A DNA stretch of 60,042 nt, the filler included, from Dirinaria sp. TL-2023a (Eukaryota): the NCBI GenBank assembly GCA_051941275.1. It is 3 parts of 3 records of this genome, joined end to end, with 100 filler letters (N's around TTAATTAATTAA, not from the genome) between each part and the next. Parts side by side here need not be neighbours in the genome. Positions count along the whole stretch, not along the records: positions 20,078 to 40,037 come from JAVEBF010000307.1; positions 40,138 to 60,042 come from JAVEBF010000308.1; 1 more part is not named here. One strand, 5' to 3'. This document shows positions 37,201 to 49,794 of the stretch, piece by piece. A program made the translations under genes and the position numbers. Positions within the stretch are counted from its first letter, which is position 1; each line of letters begins with the position of its first letter. A model generated the notes under the pieces. That model was given only the letters and a program-made list of their open reading frames with translations, was not told the DNA's origin and did not search any database.

Positions 37201-37949
37201 ATGGGTCTCGAGCAATCCAAGGAGGCGACATGTCCCAGCGACAGAGGTCATAGGGATATAGATCGAGCCGTCAGAAAGTACGATGATAGATCTTTGTCTT
37301 CTCACCACCGGCATATCGAGTACATAGCCCATAGCAGTCCTAGGAGGAACCCATATACCAAATGGAATCACAGCTATGAACACGACACAGAATTTTTTGT
37401 TCACGTACATTTCTTCAGTTTCGGCGCCTTAAAAGGACGTCTTACCACCGAGCTACCGGTACTTTCAGCGATAGATCTATCTGATACGGTCGCGCCTTCA
37501 GCGTTACTTTGTCGATGGTTCACAGGCCGAGACCCAGAGATTGTCGAGGATTTCTGGTCCTACCCTGAACACCATAAGCTTTATCACGAAACGGTTCTGG
37601 ATGTCGGCTACAAGCTCATACATCTTCTCAGGAGTGGACGCAAAACTCACGTCGCAGTTCTTGTAAATTGTGCGTCTGGGGTATGTATTCCTGTTTCGCG
37701 TTTGCCAATTGAGTTCTGTTTGAGGGTTTGCGACGAGCCTACACCAGCTCGGCAATGTACTATTGTGCAAAAACTCTTTTTTAGTATTATTGGAGACCTC
37801 ACTCTGACAATTTGTAGGTTCATCGTTCTGTTGTGTTCATGTCAAGACTCTATGACGAGTTCAAGGGATGGCCGGCCATTAAAGTCAGCAAAACTCATTG
37901 TGACCTGGGGGCAGCTGTTGAAAGGCGAAGAGCACGAAGAAAAGGCTGA
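37201..37949 (+). CDS. Stand-alone RapZ C-terminal-domain-like protein (~203 aa, 2 exons)
   Basis: Intron 37681-37817 (GTATGT..CTGAC..TAG) joins VAVLVNCASG|VHRSVVF. Also FFSFG, TGRDPEI, KTHCDL and basic tail RRRARRKG. Confidence 0.7.
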
Positions 37950-38274
37950 TTGGTATGATACTGGCATTGACGGTTAATTTTCGTTGCTGCTGCCAAGGAG
38001 GAAACTCTTGGCACACCTTGAACAATATTTGCAGAGGTCCTCGATGGAAACTGCGAGCATTGTAAAGATAGCATTGGATCATCAAAATTCTATACTTTCC
38101 AAGGGGAATAGAGGGTCATTTCCAATAGATTAGCCAACCCTAATCAGATTAGATGTGATTGCACTCCGTCCCCGTCAATCATATCGCTTGGCAAAATCTT
38201 TCGAGTCGCCTAAAGTGCTTTATGCAAATCATCAGTCCTTACATCAGTCTGTTCGCCGATAGCTGTTGCAGACT

Positions 38275-39623
38275 ATGCCGAGCTTCGAGCCAAACGCGAT
38301 CATACGCGGTGCACAACTGACTGTGGTCGGAGGTTTGATATCCTCAACCTCCGAGCCTCTGTCCTGAAGCTGAAGGTCGTGCCAGCAAACCGAGCCCTTC
38401 AAAACCCGGGGCTCTTCAAATATGAGCATTACCGCCAGGCTGCTCTCGCAGTCTGCGCTGGCATTCTCATCAGATTCCTCATAGCTGTACCGGTATATAA
38501 CGAATCTCTTCTCGTATTTACATAAGCTGACCACCCTGAAATCCTAGATCATTGCCATCAAGGCTACACTATGGTTTCTCGCGATCTTCGTGAACTTCGA
38601 CTCGGTGACTTGGGACGACAAGCTTGTCGGAGGGATGGACTTCCTGGCCAATTCCGTCCTTCAGGTCCCCTTTTTCTTGATGAGCTTGATGCGCTACATC
38701 ACACCGACCTTGGATCATATGTAATCGTTCCCTGCCATAGTTGCCTACTCCAAGCGCTCACGATGCCAGGTTCATGGACTCCTTGCAATGGGTCGACCAG
38801 ACGTACATTCAAAAGCACAAGTCCGAAGATCCTAACACCCTACGAGCAATGTACTATCCGAATCTACGAATGTATTCGACGCATGGCGAAACGAGCCAGC
38901 ACCGAGCGCCCATGGATGCCGCTTTAGCATTCTTGATCCGATTCGGCCGCAGGGCCGGCATATCCTTGGGGATCTATATGCTTTCATACCTCCCCGTTGT
39001 AGGGAGATTTGTGCTTCCGGCAGCCAGTTTCTACACCTTCAACAAAGCGGTCGGGCCCGTGCCCGCGACCGTTATCTTTGGCAGCGGCATCTTCCTGCCA
39101 CGGCGCTACCTCGTCGTTTTCCTCCAAAGCTATTTCTCCTCCAGAAGCCTGATGCGAGAATTGGTCAGTAGTAAACCCAACCCTTCCCCTTCCTCCGTCC
39201 AAAAAATCCCCACCCCCCTATATCCCTTCAAACTAACTCGACGACGAAATCCAACAGCTCGAACCATACTTCTCCCGCGTGCGCTTCACCCCCGCCCAAA
39301 AACGGCTCTGGTTCCGCGACCGCGAGGGCCTGCTCTTCGGCTTCGGCGTCGGCTTCTACATCTTCCTCAAGATCCCGCTGCTCGGGGTGCTGATCTACGG
39401 CATCGCGGAGGCCTCCACGGCCTATCTGATCACGAAAATCACCGACCCCCCGCCGAGCCCCGCGCACAGTGAGGGGTTCGCGGAGAGCCAGGTCCGGTGG
39501 ACGAACAAACACCAGTTCCTGAGCCTGCCGCTCGCGAATCTGGATGCGCATAATGCCGATACGGGGGGAGAACAGCAATCTTCTGTGGGAAGCGGAGGTC
39601 TGCAGGGGAAGAAGTTTTCATAG
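38275..39623 (+). CDS. Conserved fungal multi-pass membrane protein (UsgS/EI24-like), multi-exon
   Basis: MPSFEPNAIIRGAQLTVVG..RALQNP.LF, FMDSLQWVDQTYIQKHKSEDP, YFSSRSLMRELLEPYFSR, WFRDREGLLFGF. Confidence 0.8.
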
Positions 39624-40037
39624 CTATATATATAAGGTACCTACCTGCCCTTCAAACATCGAAAATACCAACGTCTTCTTTACAAGTACTATCAAGACCC
39701 TGAAAACAATGTCGTGATGTGTAGACGAGGGGGAAAGGTCGTAGCGGATAAGGTACTTTAGTATAGCATGCGCAGATGCCCTATTTGGAAACGATTGTTC
39801 TCTGTTCTTGTTCTGTTTCTGTTCTGTGAAAAAAGCAAGCTTACCTTACCTTACTTTTTTGCATATAAGGTAGGAAAGGGGAGCTCGGAAACCTAAACCC
39901 GTCACCTTCTACTAAAACTACTGACTTTCGCGACCTAACCTCGCCAATTCGAGCTGCACGAAATCCTCCGCATTCACCAGCTCCGTGCTGCCGTACACTA
40001 CCCTTCGTTTCGTGCCCGCCGCTGCACCACCACCGCC

Positions 40038-40137
40038 NNNNNNNNNNNNNNNNNNNNNNNNNNNNNNNNNNNNNNNNNNNNTTAATTAATTAANNNNNNN
40101 NNNNNNNNNNNNNNNNNNNNNNNNNNNNNNNNNNNNN
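40038..40137. other. Artificial contig linker N44-TTAATTAATTAA-N44
   Basis: Identical to 19978-20077. Confidence 0.98.
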
Positions 40138-41122
40138 AGGTAGGGTGCATAGTATGTATTGTGTAGAGACTATGGAGCAGGTAAGGAGCAGGAAAATACT
40201 ATGTACACGGTGTGCGGGTGCCAAGGCGCTAGTGGATACACTAGACCCCTTTGGTCAAACCATATAGGTAGGTGGTTATTGCTGTTTCCAACATATTTGA
40301 CGAGGATTGTACTGGGCATTTGAAGTAGTATTGAGCACTCTCGTCGTACACTGTGGATTGCTTCAACATCGTATTTCTTAGACATCTTTTCACACACACG
40401 TCATTCGGTTCCCTCATCTCCAGATATCAATCGCCCGTATGAATATGACGACTTTGGTTCGCGTCGTGCGTATTATTGTTGAGGTTGTAATCTAAGAACG
40501 GCGGCGACAACGAGGGCAAGAAAGCATGAGCAAGAGCCATGGGGGCTGTGGCGCCAAAATTGCTGGTCGGATCTTAGGAAATCGCTATGCGCTGGTGCCA
40601 GATTTGGAAGGTGTTTATGTGGTGAATTGAATCTATGTATGTGTATTGGTGCTCAATTGCCTCAAACTACATGTAATGGAAGAGCTTTTGTGGGCAGTAA
40701 ATAAGGTACTCGGGGTCTGCTGACTAATATACATTCTAACCGCTTTCGTCAAACCATCTTGGCATGTTGTGATGAGGTTCTCTCAGTCTTACAGCTAGTA
40801 TCTGATGCGGTGCTCAGTCGACGCCTGTCGCTCACACACTATCATCGCTTTATTAGAGACCCTCACAAAGAGCAAACTGGGATCAGCTTTTGGTTCGCTC
40901 ATAGCATGTAAGGAGGCAAAGCAAAATGAAGGCGTTGCTTTAGATGACAGACGTGAGTAGTTCCGAAGGAACGGACTAAAGTCAAAAAGAGTCATTCTCC
41001 TACAAAACACAGATTCAAGATGTAACGTAGGTAGTATCTCAATAATCCCTCAAAACTTTTCAATGTATAACGGTGGATGATCAATACGCCTTTCCCACCA
41101 GTACATAAGTCGTTTACCAAAT

Positions 41123-42169
41123 TCAGCAATTGGCGATATTTAGCAGCATAACCAGTAGCGCCAAAGCAAGAATGCCACTAGTAGCGACTTGTCGCCCTCT
41201 GCTTGCTAGACTTCGCTGATCTGCTTTGTCGTTTAATGCTAGCGCCGATTCTGTAGCTTCCAGAGCTGGTGGGGCTCTGCTTCCGACCCGGACATCCTTC
41301 GCACGCATACATATCAAATTAGATTTTGGTAAGGTAGACGATCCTTCGCCAACCCCGCTTCGATTCGAGAATATTGTAGTCAGGACTGGGACCACTCGAT
41401 AGATGGCCTCATCGTACGTTGTTTCGTTGAATTCGGACACAGTGGTCAAAGTGTCATCTCCAATGCCAATCAGCGGCTGGACCGTGTTATTGTTGTCAGT
41501 ATTACAGCCTATGGCAGCGGCAGCATTGTCGTTGCTTGAGGGTTCGAAAATGGCTAAAGGAAGCGAAAATATTAGTCAAGCCTCCTTGGAGAAGAGATCC
41601 TTACTAGAACCCCATGACTTCCCCCAATTTCCGAACGGCTGACATTCTGGTGGCGTGTGATACCTGATCTGGCTCATGATATTGATGCAATGGTCCAAAT
41701 TTTTACCTGAAGACTGGGACGCCAACTTGGTTAGAGCTGTCACACACTCCTGATCCAAAGTTGACGAGCAGTCGCCTGGATCATCTTGTCCGTTGCTATA
41801 GGTTTTTCGAGGTAAACCATCAAATCCGATTGCGCAGACTTGAAAAGGGATGTCTCTATCTTTCACACCCTCAAGTGCCGGCGTTTCGACCCACCATTCC
41901 TGCCAAACTTGGTTATCGCCTTTGACAATGATGGCGGTATTCCACGTCCAGTCACCAGCCGGTATGGAGGTATTGTCGGATGAAAAGGGACTAGGGCGAC
42001 TATATGAGCCGGTAGCGTTTGGGCGTAGGAGGGCTTGGTTGATATCATCGTAAGCAGAACTGTGACAACCCGTGCCGAGGGGGCCAGTGCTATTGCCTTG
42101 AGAAAGCACCAATTTAGCCAGCCACATAAGAAGCGTGGTCGCTAAAGAAATGTCGTGCAATAGGGCCAT
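41123..42169 (-). CDS. Hypothetical secreted Cys-containing protein, possibly GPI-anchored, 2 exons
   Basis: Signal-like MALLHDISLATTLLMWLAKLVLS, PNATGS, DPGDCSSTLDQECV. A GTAAGG..CTAAT..TAG intron near 41554-41604 joins the two ORFs. Hydrophobic C-terminus. Confidence 0.7.
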
Positions 42170-43393
42170 AATGAAGGTAAATACTGCGAAAATCAGAGGG
42201 AAAGCAAATTGTGAATACCTTTTCATATGAGTCTCATTCGCCGAATATGTACTCAGAACATCGTAATGCTAAGCCTCTGACCGCCTTGTTCGGCGCAGTA
42301 AGGCGATCGTATGTGGTGCTTACGATTGCAATTGTCTCAGCTGCCAAGTGCGGCCAAGCTTCCCCAGCATCTGTCAACCAGGAAGTATACAACTCTGTTG
42401 ACTCTTATACCGAGGTTATGAGGTCTTTTTGCGGATAATGCAGTGATAGTCAAGGTGCTGTCGCTGTGCAGAAGCAGATGATTCGACTAGAAATGCTTTC
42501 GAACAAGCGCTTTCAAAAATAGCCATATATAGATTTGAGCCTCATCAGCGCCCACGGCAGCTACATGCAACCGAGGTTCGCATCAAACTGCTGCCTCCAG
42601 CGCCAGTCACTCCCTCGACCCATGCGCCGGGTTCCTGGAGCGAGTGGATGAACGAAGAAAACGCTCTCTTGAAATGCGACATTGCAGTACTTGAGTAAGG
42701 CGCGAGTACGATGAAGGTGCCCTATATTTTCTTCAATTGCTGCTCAAAATCACCATTCAATGCGGTAGCAAGGCTCATGCAATCCAAGTGCAATCTCAGT
42801 ACATTGCAGAATGCCAAGAAGGCATGGACTCTTGGTCAGCCGACTGCATACAAGCGATCTGACATACCTCTATGCGCACTAGCATTGTGTGGCTCCGTGT
42901 AGGCCTCGGTATCTGGACAGCTTCCGTTGGTCAAGCTTGGCCTTGAAGTAATCAGCATGTCGAGACCCTGGACTAGATAAACCAAAACTCAAAGACTTCT
43001 GAAAGGCTTCTGGAATGGTTTACAAAAAGATGGAACATTTCTGAGCCGTATGGTTTCGTTGTTAGCTTTCTGCTTTCTTGCCAGTGGTCTGTAATCAAAG
43101 ACAGACTAGTCCTACTTTTGATTCCGCGGCCTCTGTTTCGAAAATCCAAAATCCAAAATTGTCTTCCTAACCAGACGCATACTTACCCGAAAACCGAATC
43201 GGAGTAGAACTTTCGACTGTTGGTTAGCCGTCAGCAAGGCTGTATGAGCTACATGGCCCATGCAATTGAGGGGTACTCTTGGCTAGTATGCACAAGATTG
43301 ACTAAGCCAAAGTTCACAAAAGCCCACTCGCGAAAATATAAGGACTTCCGTTGAGACAGACGTGAGAAGCAAGCATCGAGACATGCGGAAATA

Positions 43394-44290
43394 ATGCTCG
43401 CTCTACAACTCCAGTCTGCAGCGACGCTGACCATCGACTCCTCGGTCGAAACACCTCAACTTTCGCCCACGCAATACCTCATCCGCGTCCATGCCTGTGC
43501 CATCACAGCGAATGAGCTTACATGGCCAGAGACCGTTGCTCGCTCGCTCCCAATACCCGGTCATGATGTATGTGGAACCGTGATCTCTCCTCCTTCCGAC
43601 GGTTCCTTGAAGTTCAACTTGGGCGACGAAGTCTACGGACTAACGTCCTTCTCTCGCGATGGAGGCGCTGCTCAATATGCTGTCGCCGAGCCAGAAGAAC
43701 TCGCTCCCAAACCAAGGAACTTGACAAGCATTGAATGCGCAACAATTCCTCTTTCTTTGTTGACAGCTTGGCAAGCGCTTATCGTACATGCCAAAATCAA
43801 AGATGGAGGTAGTGTGCTCATCCTTGGTGGTTCAGGCGGGGTGGGCGTCATGGCTGTACAGCTTGCAAGAGCAAAGGGAATGCAGGTAACGACGACGTGT
43901 GGAGAAAGGAGTATTGCGTTCGTGAAAGAATTGGGCGCGCACAGTGTTATTGACTACGTAATTGATGGAGGAGATGTGAAAGGCGAGTTTGATGTAGTGC
44001 TCGACTGTGTTGGAGTAAGAGCCAGAAGCAAAGCTTGGCGGAATGTTAAAAGTGGAGGAACTCTAGTTAGTGTCGCCATGCCTATAGAAGAAGGTGAAGG
44101 TGGGGAGGCAAACGGACTATTCTTTATTGTTGAGCCGAATGGAGGGCAGCTAGAAGGACTAAGAGATTTGATCGAAGGAGGCAAATTGCGACCGGTAGTC
44201 GATAGCGTTTATCCATTGCAGGACGGTGAGAAGGCCTTTGAGGAGTTAGCGAAGGGGCATGCGAGAGGTAAGATTGTGCTTGAGATCTAA
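43394..44290 (+). CDS. MDR-family NADPH:quinone oxidoreductase-like protein
   Basis: IPGHDVCGTV, LTAWQAL, VLILGGSGGVG, GHARGKIVL. Single exon. Confidence 0.92.
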   Translation: MLALQLQSAATLTIDSSVETPQLSPTQYLIRVHACAITANELTWPETVARSLPIPGHDVCGTVISPPSDGSLKFNLGDEVYGLTSFSRDGGAAQYAVAEPEELAPKPRNLTSIECATIPLSLLTAWQALIVHAKIKDGGSVLILGGSGGVGVMAVQLARAKGMQVTTTCGERSIAFVKELGAHSVIDYVIDGGDVKGEFDVVLDCVGVRARSKAWRNVKSGGTLVSVAMPIEEGEGGEANGLFFIVEPNGGQLEGLRDLIEGGKLRPVVDSVYPLQDGEKAFEELAKGHARGKIVLEI

Positions 44291-46931
44291 GCGACTTTGT
44301 TTGGCGAGCTACCCAGATTTTCGATAATCTCACTCTGGATATCCATCTTCGGCTGCGCTGAGATCGGCCAGTACGTTCGTTAAGTCACCTCCCTCAGTAG
44401 TGCCTACTAACGTCGAGGCCACCTGATATCTTTGCCTTCCATCGTAGGACTTAGGCTATCAGCATCATCCACGAGTTTACTCCACGGTTTTGTATGAGCG
44501 CCTTGTCTTCGTCATATGTCGCATTTCCGGTATCCCAAAATGGCAGCAAGGGATCCCACTAAAATTCGAAACCTTCGCGAGTGATATATGTAAAAGCTCT
44601 TGATGAGCAAGTACGCGGTCCACTTTTCCTCGACTCCCTAGAACTTTGAAGTCGAGATTTAGGGAGTAGATGGCGAAGGAAGATAATGCTGTTATATCAT
44701 TCCATTCTAAGAGATGCCGACAATAGTCCGCACATGTCTTTGATAAGGGCCAGCCCACATCGCTTGTATGAGTCCTCTTCCCTTGAAGCACAATTGTGCA
44801 AAGCAGGTCCTAGTAAGGACTACCTTTGCTCTCCCAGTCATTTTACTCGCTTGAGCCGCTTAAGCTAGGCCAAACTGTTTCGGCAAATGGGAGGTATAAG
44901 TCTCTTGACAAAGAAGCGGATATCTGAACCCATTCAAGCTTATGTACTAGGCTTCTAGCGTCGAGTAACCCATGGCTGCTTTCAGCTAGTTATCTTGGTC
45001 AAAGCCTTTTCTGAACTCATTATCTTCTTCAAAATACTCCTTGAGCCATCTCTTAGTCAGTGGCGAATGATCGAGCAGGCTGGTATATTTTTTGGCGATT
45101 TCGCTTCCTCTTCTCTTCTTCGGCCTTCTCCTATGTCTTTATTCCCTTAGCTCTACCCCAGTTATACAACTCCGAGACGAGGCCTAGAGTCATTTCGAAG
45201 GAGAGAATGTTTCAGGCTCCAATGTTCCTCACCCTCGCGTCCATTTCCGATATGAGACTGGATATAGTAAGGGCTACGAGCACTGTAGTACCTAGACAAA
45301 ATCAGGCCTATGGAATGGCAAGAGGAGCACTGAAAAGTGAGGTTCGGTTTCTGAGCGCTTACCATGGTCCTTCGCTGCGACCAAAACCGGCTTACGCCTC
45401 CTGACTTCCAATTGCGGGCAGCTGTAGGCCATTTCAATCGAGGTAGGATATAGAAGCTGCTATCTAACACGAATACCAATGATGTGGGGTTGAGGGTGTG
45501 GACTTTGGATGATCTCGGATGGAGGAGCAAAACTTGTTAGTGTGTTTGGCGATGTTCAAAAAGGCAACAAACTCTTGGCATTCCCCATCCAATGCCTCGG
45601 CAGGGCTGGAAGGCGACTCTCAGCCGCCAAAACATTTTTTCAATGAGCTGAATGAGCTGACAGTGGGCAAGTTGACCAATCACGGCCCAATCTCGATGTG
45701 ATCAGCCCCGCAGCTCTATATAAACACAGCAAGAGCAGAGGAAGACCAATCACGAATCCGATCCAGTACGCCTTCAGATAAGTCAAGGAGTACTAGCACT
45801 CATTCCCCCGTGCTTGCCAAAGCATGGATACTGTTGCGTTTGATCGGCGCTGAGGCTGAACGTGTGAAAGTCTTTATCAAGGACTCGGCGATCGACTTCG
45901 GACGGGTGGGAAGGTGCTTTACTTTGACGTCGCCCATACTCTAAAGGTATACTCAGTCAAGCAGCTATCTTGCGAGCACACCGTACTCAAAGTCAGTCGC
46001 TGCTCGCCTGTTTTCATCAATTGTGTAAACCCTGTAACATCATGATCTCGCGGTGTTCAATTCTCGAAGGCAAAGCGTGCAACGCCGTGCACACGGATTA
46101 GACTAGTTTTGAGCTACGTTCTAGTCTGCTTTACAGATTGATCGATTATCTCACCTCAGTGGTCTTACAACCCGAAATAGATTTACAAGCACAGTCTCGA
46201 TATTCGACTAATAAGTCAGAGGTCGCAGGACTCCCAGTCAACAGAAGGTATGAATGCCACGTCAAGTCAGGATGCAGAATCTTCGAAAGAGACACAAGCT
46301 CCAATCACGTCGCATGCCCGCTCTCGTTAGAACGCCCTGTTAAGAGGCGCAACGACTATCTAAAGATTCAGTGTTCTTCTTTCGGGGCTGCCGATATATA
46401 TCCGGGATGAGCGCCACTTCGATTACTGATCGTGCTGCGACTGGGCCAGAATTTAGCATATCGGCTTTTGAACAACCCCAGTCTCTCAAAATGGAAGCAA
46501 GATCTTGATTCAATTGAGGCGTTGGCGAAGCACTGCGAGTGATGGTCAAGCTCGCCAGCGGCACGATCCATCCTCTTCCGTACTTAGCGCAAGGATCTGC
46601 AGGACTAGGTACGCGAGAGTTTAGGAGAAGGCCGATACCAATTAAATTTTGATTTAAATCTCTCCGCTAGAACGGACATACCCGGCTGGAGAAGGCTTGG
46701 TTGTTTGAAGAGACTAGGCAGAGACCGCGAAGCAAAGCTAGACGTTAGTGAAGTTTAAATTGCCTGAAAGATCCCATGGTGGCATCATTCGATCTGGCAG
46801 ACAGATGCTACTAACGATCCATGACACTGGCTCTGTCTGCTCTTGAAGAATCCTGATAATACAATACTTATAAAGACGTGCTCCTTATCCTAATCTCAAC
46901 GACAGAGCAGAGACCCTATAATCAGAAGTCA

Positions 46932-47963
46932 ATGGCACCCAACGGCGCGCTCTCTCGCCAGCCCGACCCCAAGAACTCAATCCCAGCTTCAACCAGGCTT
47001 CGGCATCAGCTAGCAGAATCGAATCGTCTGATAGTATGTCCAGGCGTGTACGATGGCTTCTCCGCACGGATTGCAATAGATGTAGGTTTCGATGCACTAT
47101 ACATGGTGAGTGATCTAAAACCCTCTATTTATACGATCTGTTTCTTATCTATGTTTGCGAGGCAACTGGGTTAATCACTCATATCAAGATAGACAGGAGC
47201 AGGGACAACAGCGTCTAGACTTGGCCATGCCGATCTAGGCATCGCACAACTGGCTGATATGCGTGCAAATGCCGAGATGATTGCCAATCTAGACAATTCT
47301 GTTCCACTGATAGCAGACATGGACACTGGTTTTGGCTCACCAATCATGGTAGCCCGATCCGTCTCAGAGTACATCAGGGCAGGTGTGGCAGGTTTTCACA
47401 TCGAGGATCAAATCCTAGCGAAGAGGTGTGGTCATCTTCAGGGGAAAGAAGTCGTCGACATTGAGACGTTTGTTTCGCGGATCAAGGCTGCACGAATGGC
47501 GATTGACCAGCTCCATAGCGACATAGTGCTCATTGGCCGCACTGACTCGCTGCAGCAGCACGGTTATGAAGAGGCCGTGACACGAATCAAGGCGGCGCGG
47601 GATGCAGGTGCCGATGTTGGGCTCCTGGAAGGTGTTACGAGTCGAGAGATGGCTGCGCAGGCGGTGAAAGACCTTGCGCCCTTTCCTCTACTGCTCAATA
47701 TGGTCGAAAATGGTTCGACGCCGATCATGCGTGCCTCTGAGGTTGAAGCCATGGGTTATCGTATCATGATATTCTCTTTCGCATCCCTATCACCCGCCTA
47801 CAAAGGCATACGAGCGACATTGGAGAGATTAAAGATGGAGGGAGTCACCGGCACCGACAAGGAACTGACACCTAAGAAGCTCTTCGATATCTGCGGACTG
47901 CAAGAAAGCGTAGAAGTTGATGTGACGGCGGGAGGTGATGCCTTTACGAAATCAAAATTGTGA
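46932..47963 (+). CDS. oahA: Oxaloacetate acetylhydrolase (isocitrate lyase/PEP mutase superfamily), 2 exons
   Basis: VCPGVYDG, YM|TGAGTTASRLG (intron 47106-47192), IADMDTGFG, HIEDQ..KRCGHL, IMIFSFASL. Confidence 0.8.
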
Positions 47964-48874
47964 CCAGTGCTTCAGATCTCAGAGCTGTCGATGCTGGCAT
48001 ATCAGCTCCATAATTTGTTACAGCTTCGATCATATACTTCTCTTCTGTTAGCTCGTGTGTCATGCAGGCTTCATGACTTAACATAGCAGTTCATCCAGTT
48101 CAAATTCTTCAACGCACAAATCACTTAATGAGGTTCTTCAGAACTGCTCCTAAATCTTCCGGCCCTGGAGGCTGTAACGGTCCTAGATGACCGGAATTCT
48201 TTTCTGTCTGCCATGCAATCATTATGCCCTTCCTCTGCCGACCCGAGTCAATTTCAAGTGCCTCCTCAGTTGTATTTAAACCTAGGGAGATCGTCGCGTC
48301 AAGCATCTACTCTTCAGAAGTAGGAATAGATATGTTAAGAACAAGCGTCAGACGAAGACGAGAATGGCAGCTCGATAGCATTCGCAGTTGAACCAGAGTC
48401 AAATTGTGGATGGTCATTGATCATTGAATATATGAGAGTTTAGTGACCGTGATTCCCTCAATCTCTAGGCAAGAAATAGATTCAATTCGAAATGAGTGAC
48501 TAGCCCTTTCTCCAGAGTGAGCACCCTTTCTTTAGTCAAGTGCAGACTTGAGACATCCTCGATAAGAGTACATTCTCACCAATAACTTCGAGCAAAGGTG
48601 GAAAACGACTCAGATAAAACCTTTCAGGGCGACTCGTAGCCCATCTCTATGTCAAATAGATGAACAGTGGGCGATTGAGCCTGACAGGTGGGGGGAACAA
48701 CCAATTTATTCACTATTATAGCCATCGATGGGGGAACCTCATGCGGTCTGCAATCTCAAATGAACGCTAGGAACAGATTGAGTCAACACAACAGCGAGCA
48801 AAATGGCAGGCAAAAATCAGTTATCGACGAAAGACTGAAGAAGTTTAATCGTTAACGTCGATCATTTCTTGGAT

Positions 48875-48903
48875 GCCAAGACAAGTGCCAAGATACCGCC
48901 AAG
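48875..48903 (+). promoter_or_regulatory. Three PacC/Rim101-type GCCAAG sites
   Basis: GCCAAG at 48875, 48887 and 48898, about 200 bp upstream of the DUF3253 gene. Confidence 0.45.
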
Positions 48904-49106
48904 CGTCTTCGCCGATTCGTCCGTGCTGGATAATATGACTCGATGAATACCTTACTCATTTTATCTCTTGTACATAGTCAATCAGTGACGGTCATTAGTC
49001 TTTAGTCAACATTAGAGATGACGGAAGCTAAGAATATAAATATCTCCACATTCGATTCCCTCGTCTCTGCTCAATCACAACCCGCGCCACATATCAAAAT
49101 CCACAG

Positions 49107-49400
49107 ATGTCCTCGCCACAAGTTCAAGCTATTCTTCAGCCGCACCTTGACCGCCTCCTCTCGAAGCGCACTCACCCCAAGACTCTGTGTCCCTCTGAAG
49201 TCGCGCGCGCTCTATCACCAGAGGAACTCAAAGCAGCAGAAGCCTCTGAGTGGCGGAGTTTGATGCCGACGATACGCGAGATGCTATGGGAGCTGCGCTC
49301 GAGGGAAGAGGTTGAGATCCTACAGCGGGGAGAGCTGATCTCGGAGGGCACTCGACTAGAGGACCTCAAGGGCCCGATCCGGGCAAGGAGATGCGTGTGA
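49107..49400 (+). CDS. DUF3253-like small winged-helix protein
   Basis: KTLCPSEVARAL...WRSLMPTIRE...VEILQRGE...KGPIRAR. Confidence 0.8.
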   Translation: MSSPQVQAILQPHLDRLLSKRTHPKTLCPSEVARALSPEELKAAEASEWRSLMPTIREMLWELRSREEVEILQRGELISEGTRLEDLKGPIRARRCV

Positions 49401-49794
49401 TGTGTGGAGAATCATTATTTGATGAGGTGTTGGTACTGCTTTTATTACGGCTTCGGGATGATGCCGTCGCTAACCGCTCCCGCGATGAGATGCGTAAGGC
49501 TCAGGTCTTGTAATTACCGACAGATCAGCGTCCGCTCAATAGCTGAGGTACATCATTCTGGAGTACAAATAATGAGCAACTGTTCGAATTACTCGCTCTG
49601 TGGCTCCTATAAAGCGAGGAGAGCTCACGATGACACATGCCGTGACTCATCCATGCAGGTCAAGTTCAGGCACTAACAGCCTCACATTATAAGGATGTTT
49701 CGGATCCTACACAAGCTTTTCGTCAGAATTTCGCATTTTCATCTTCTCTACCGTTCATGTCTCATAGAGTCTTCTATTCACTAGATGAGCAACA

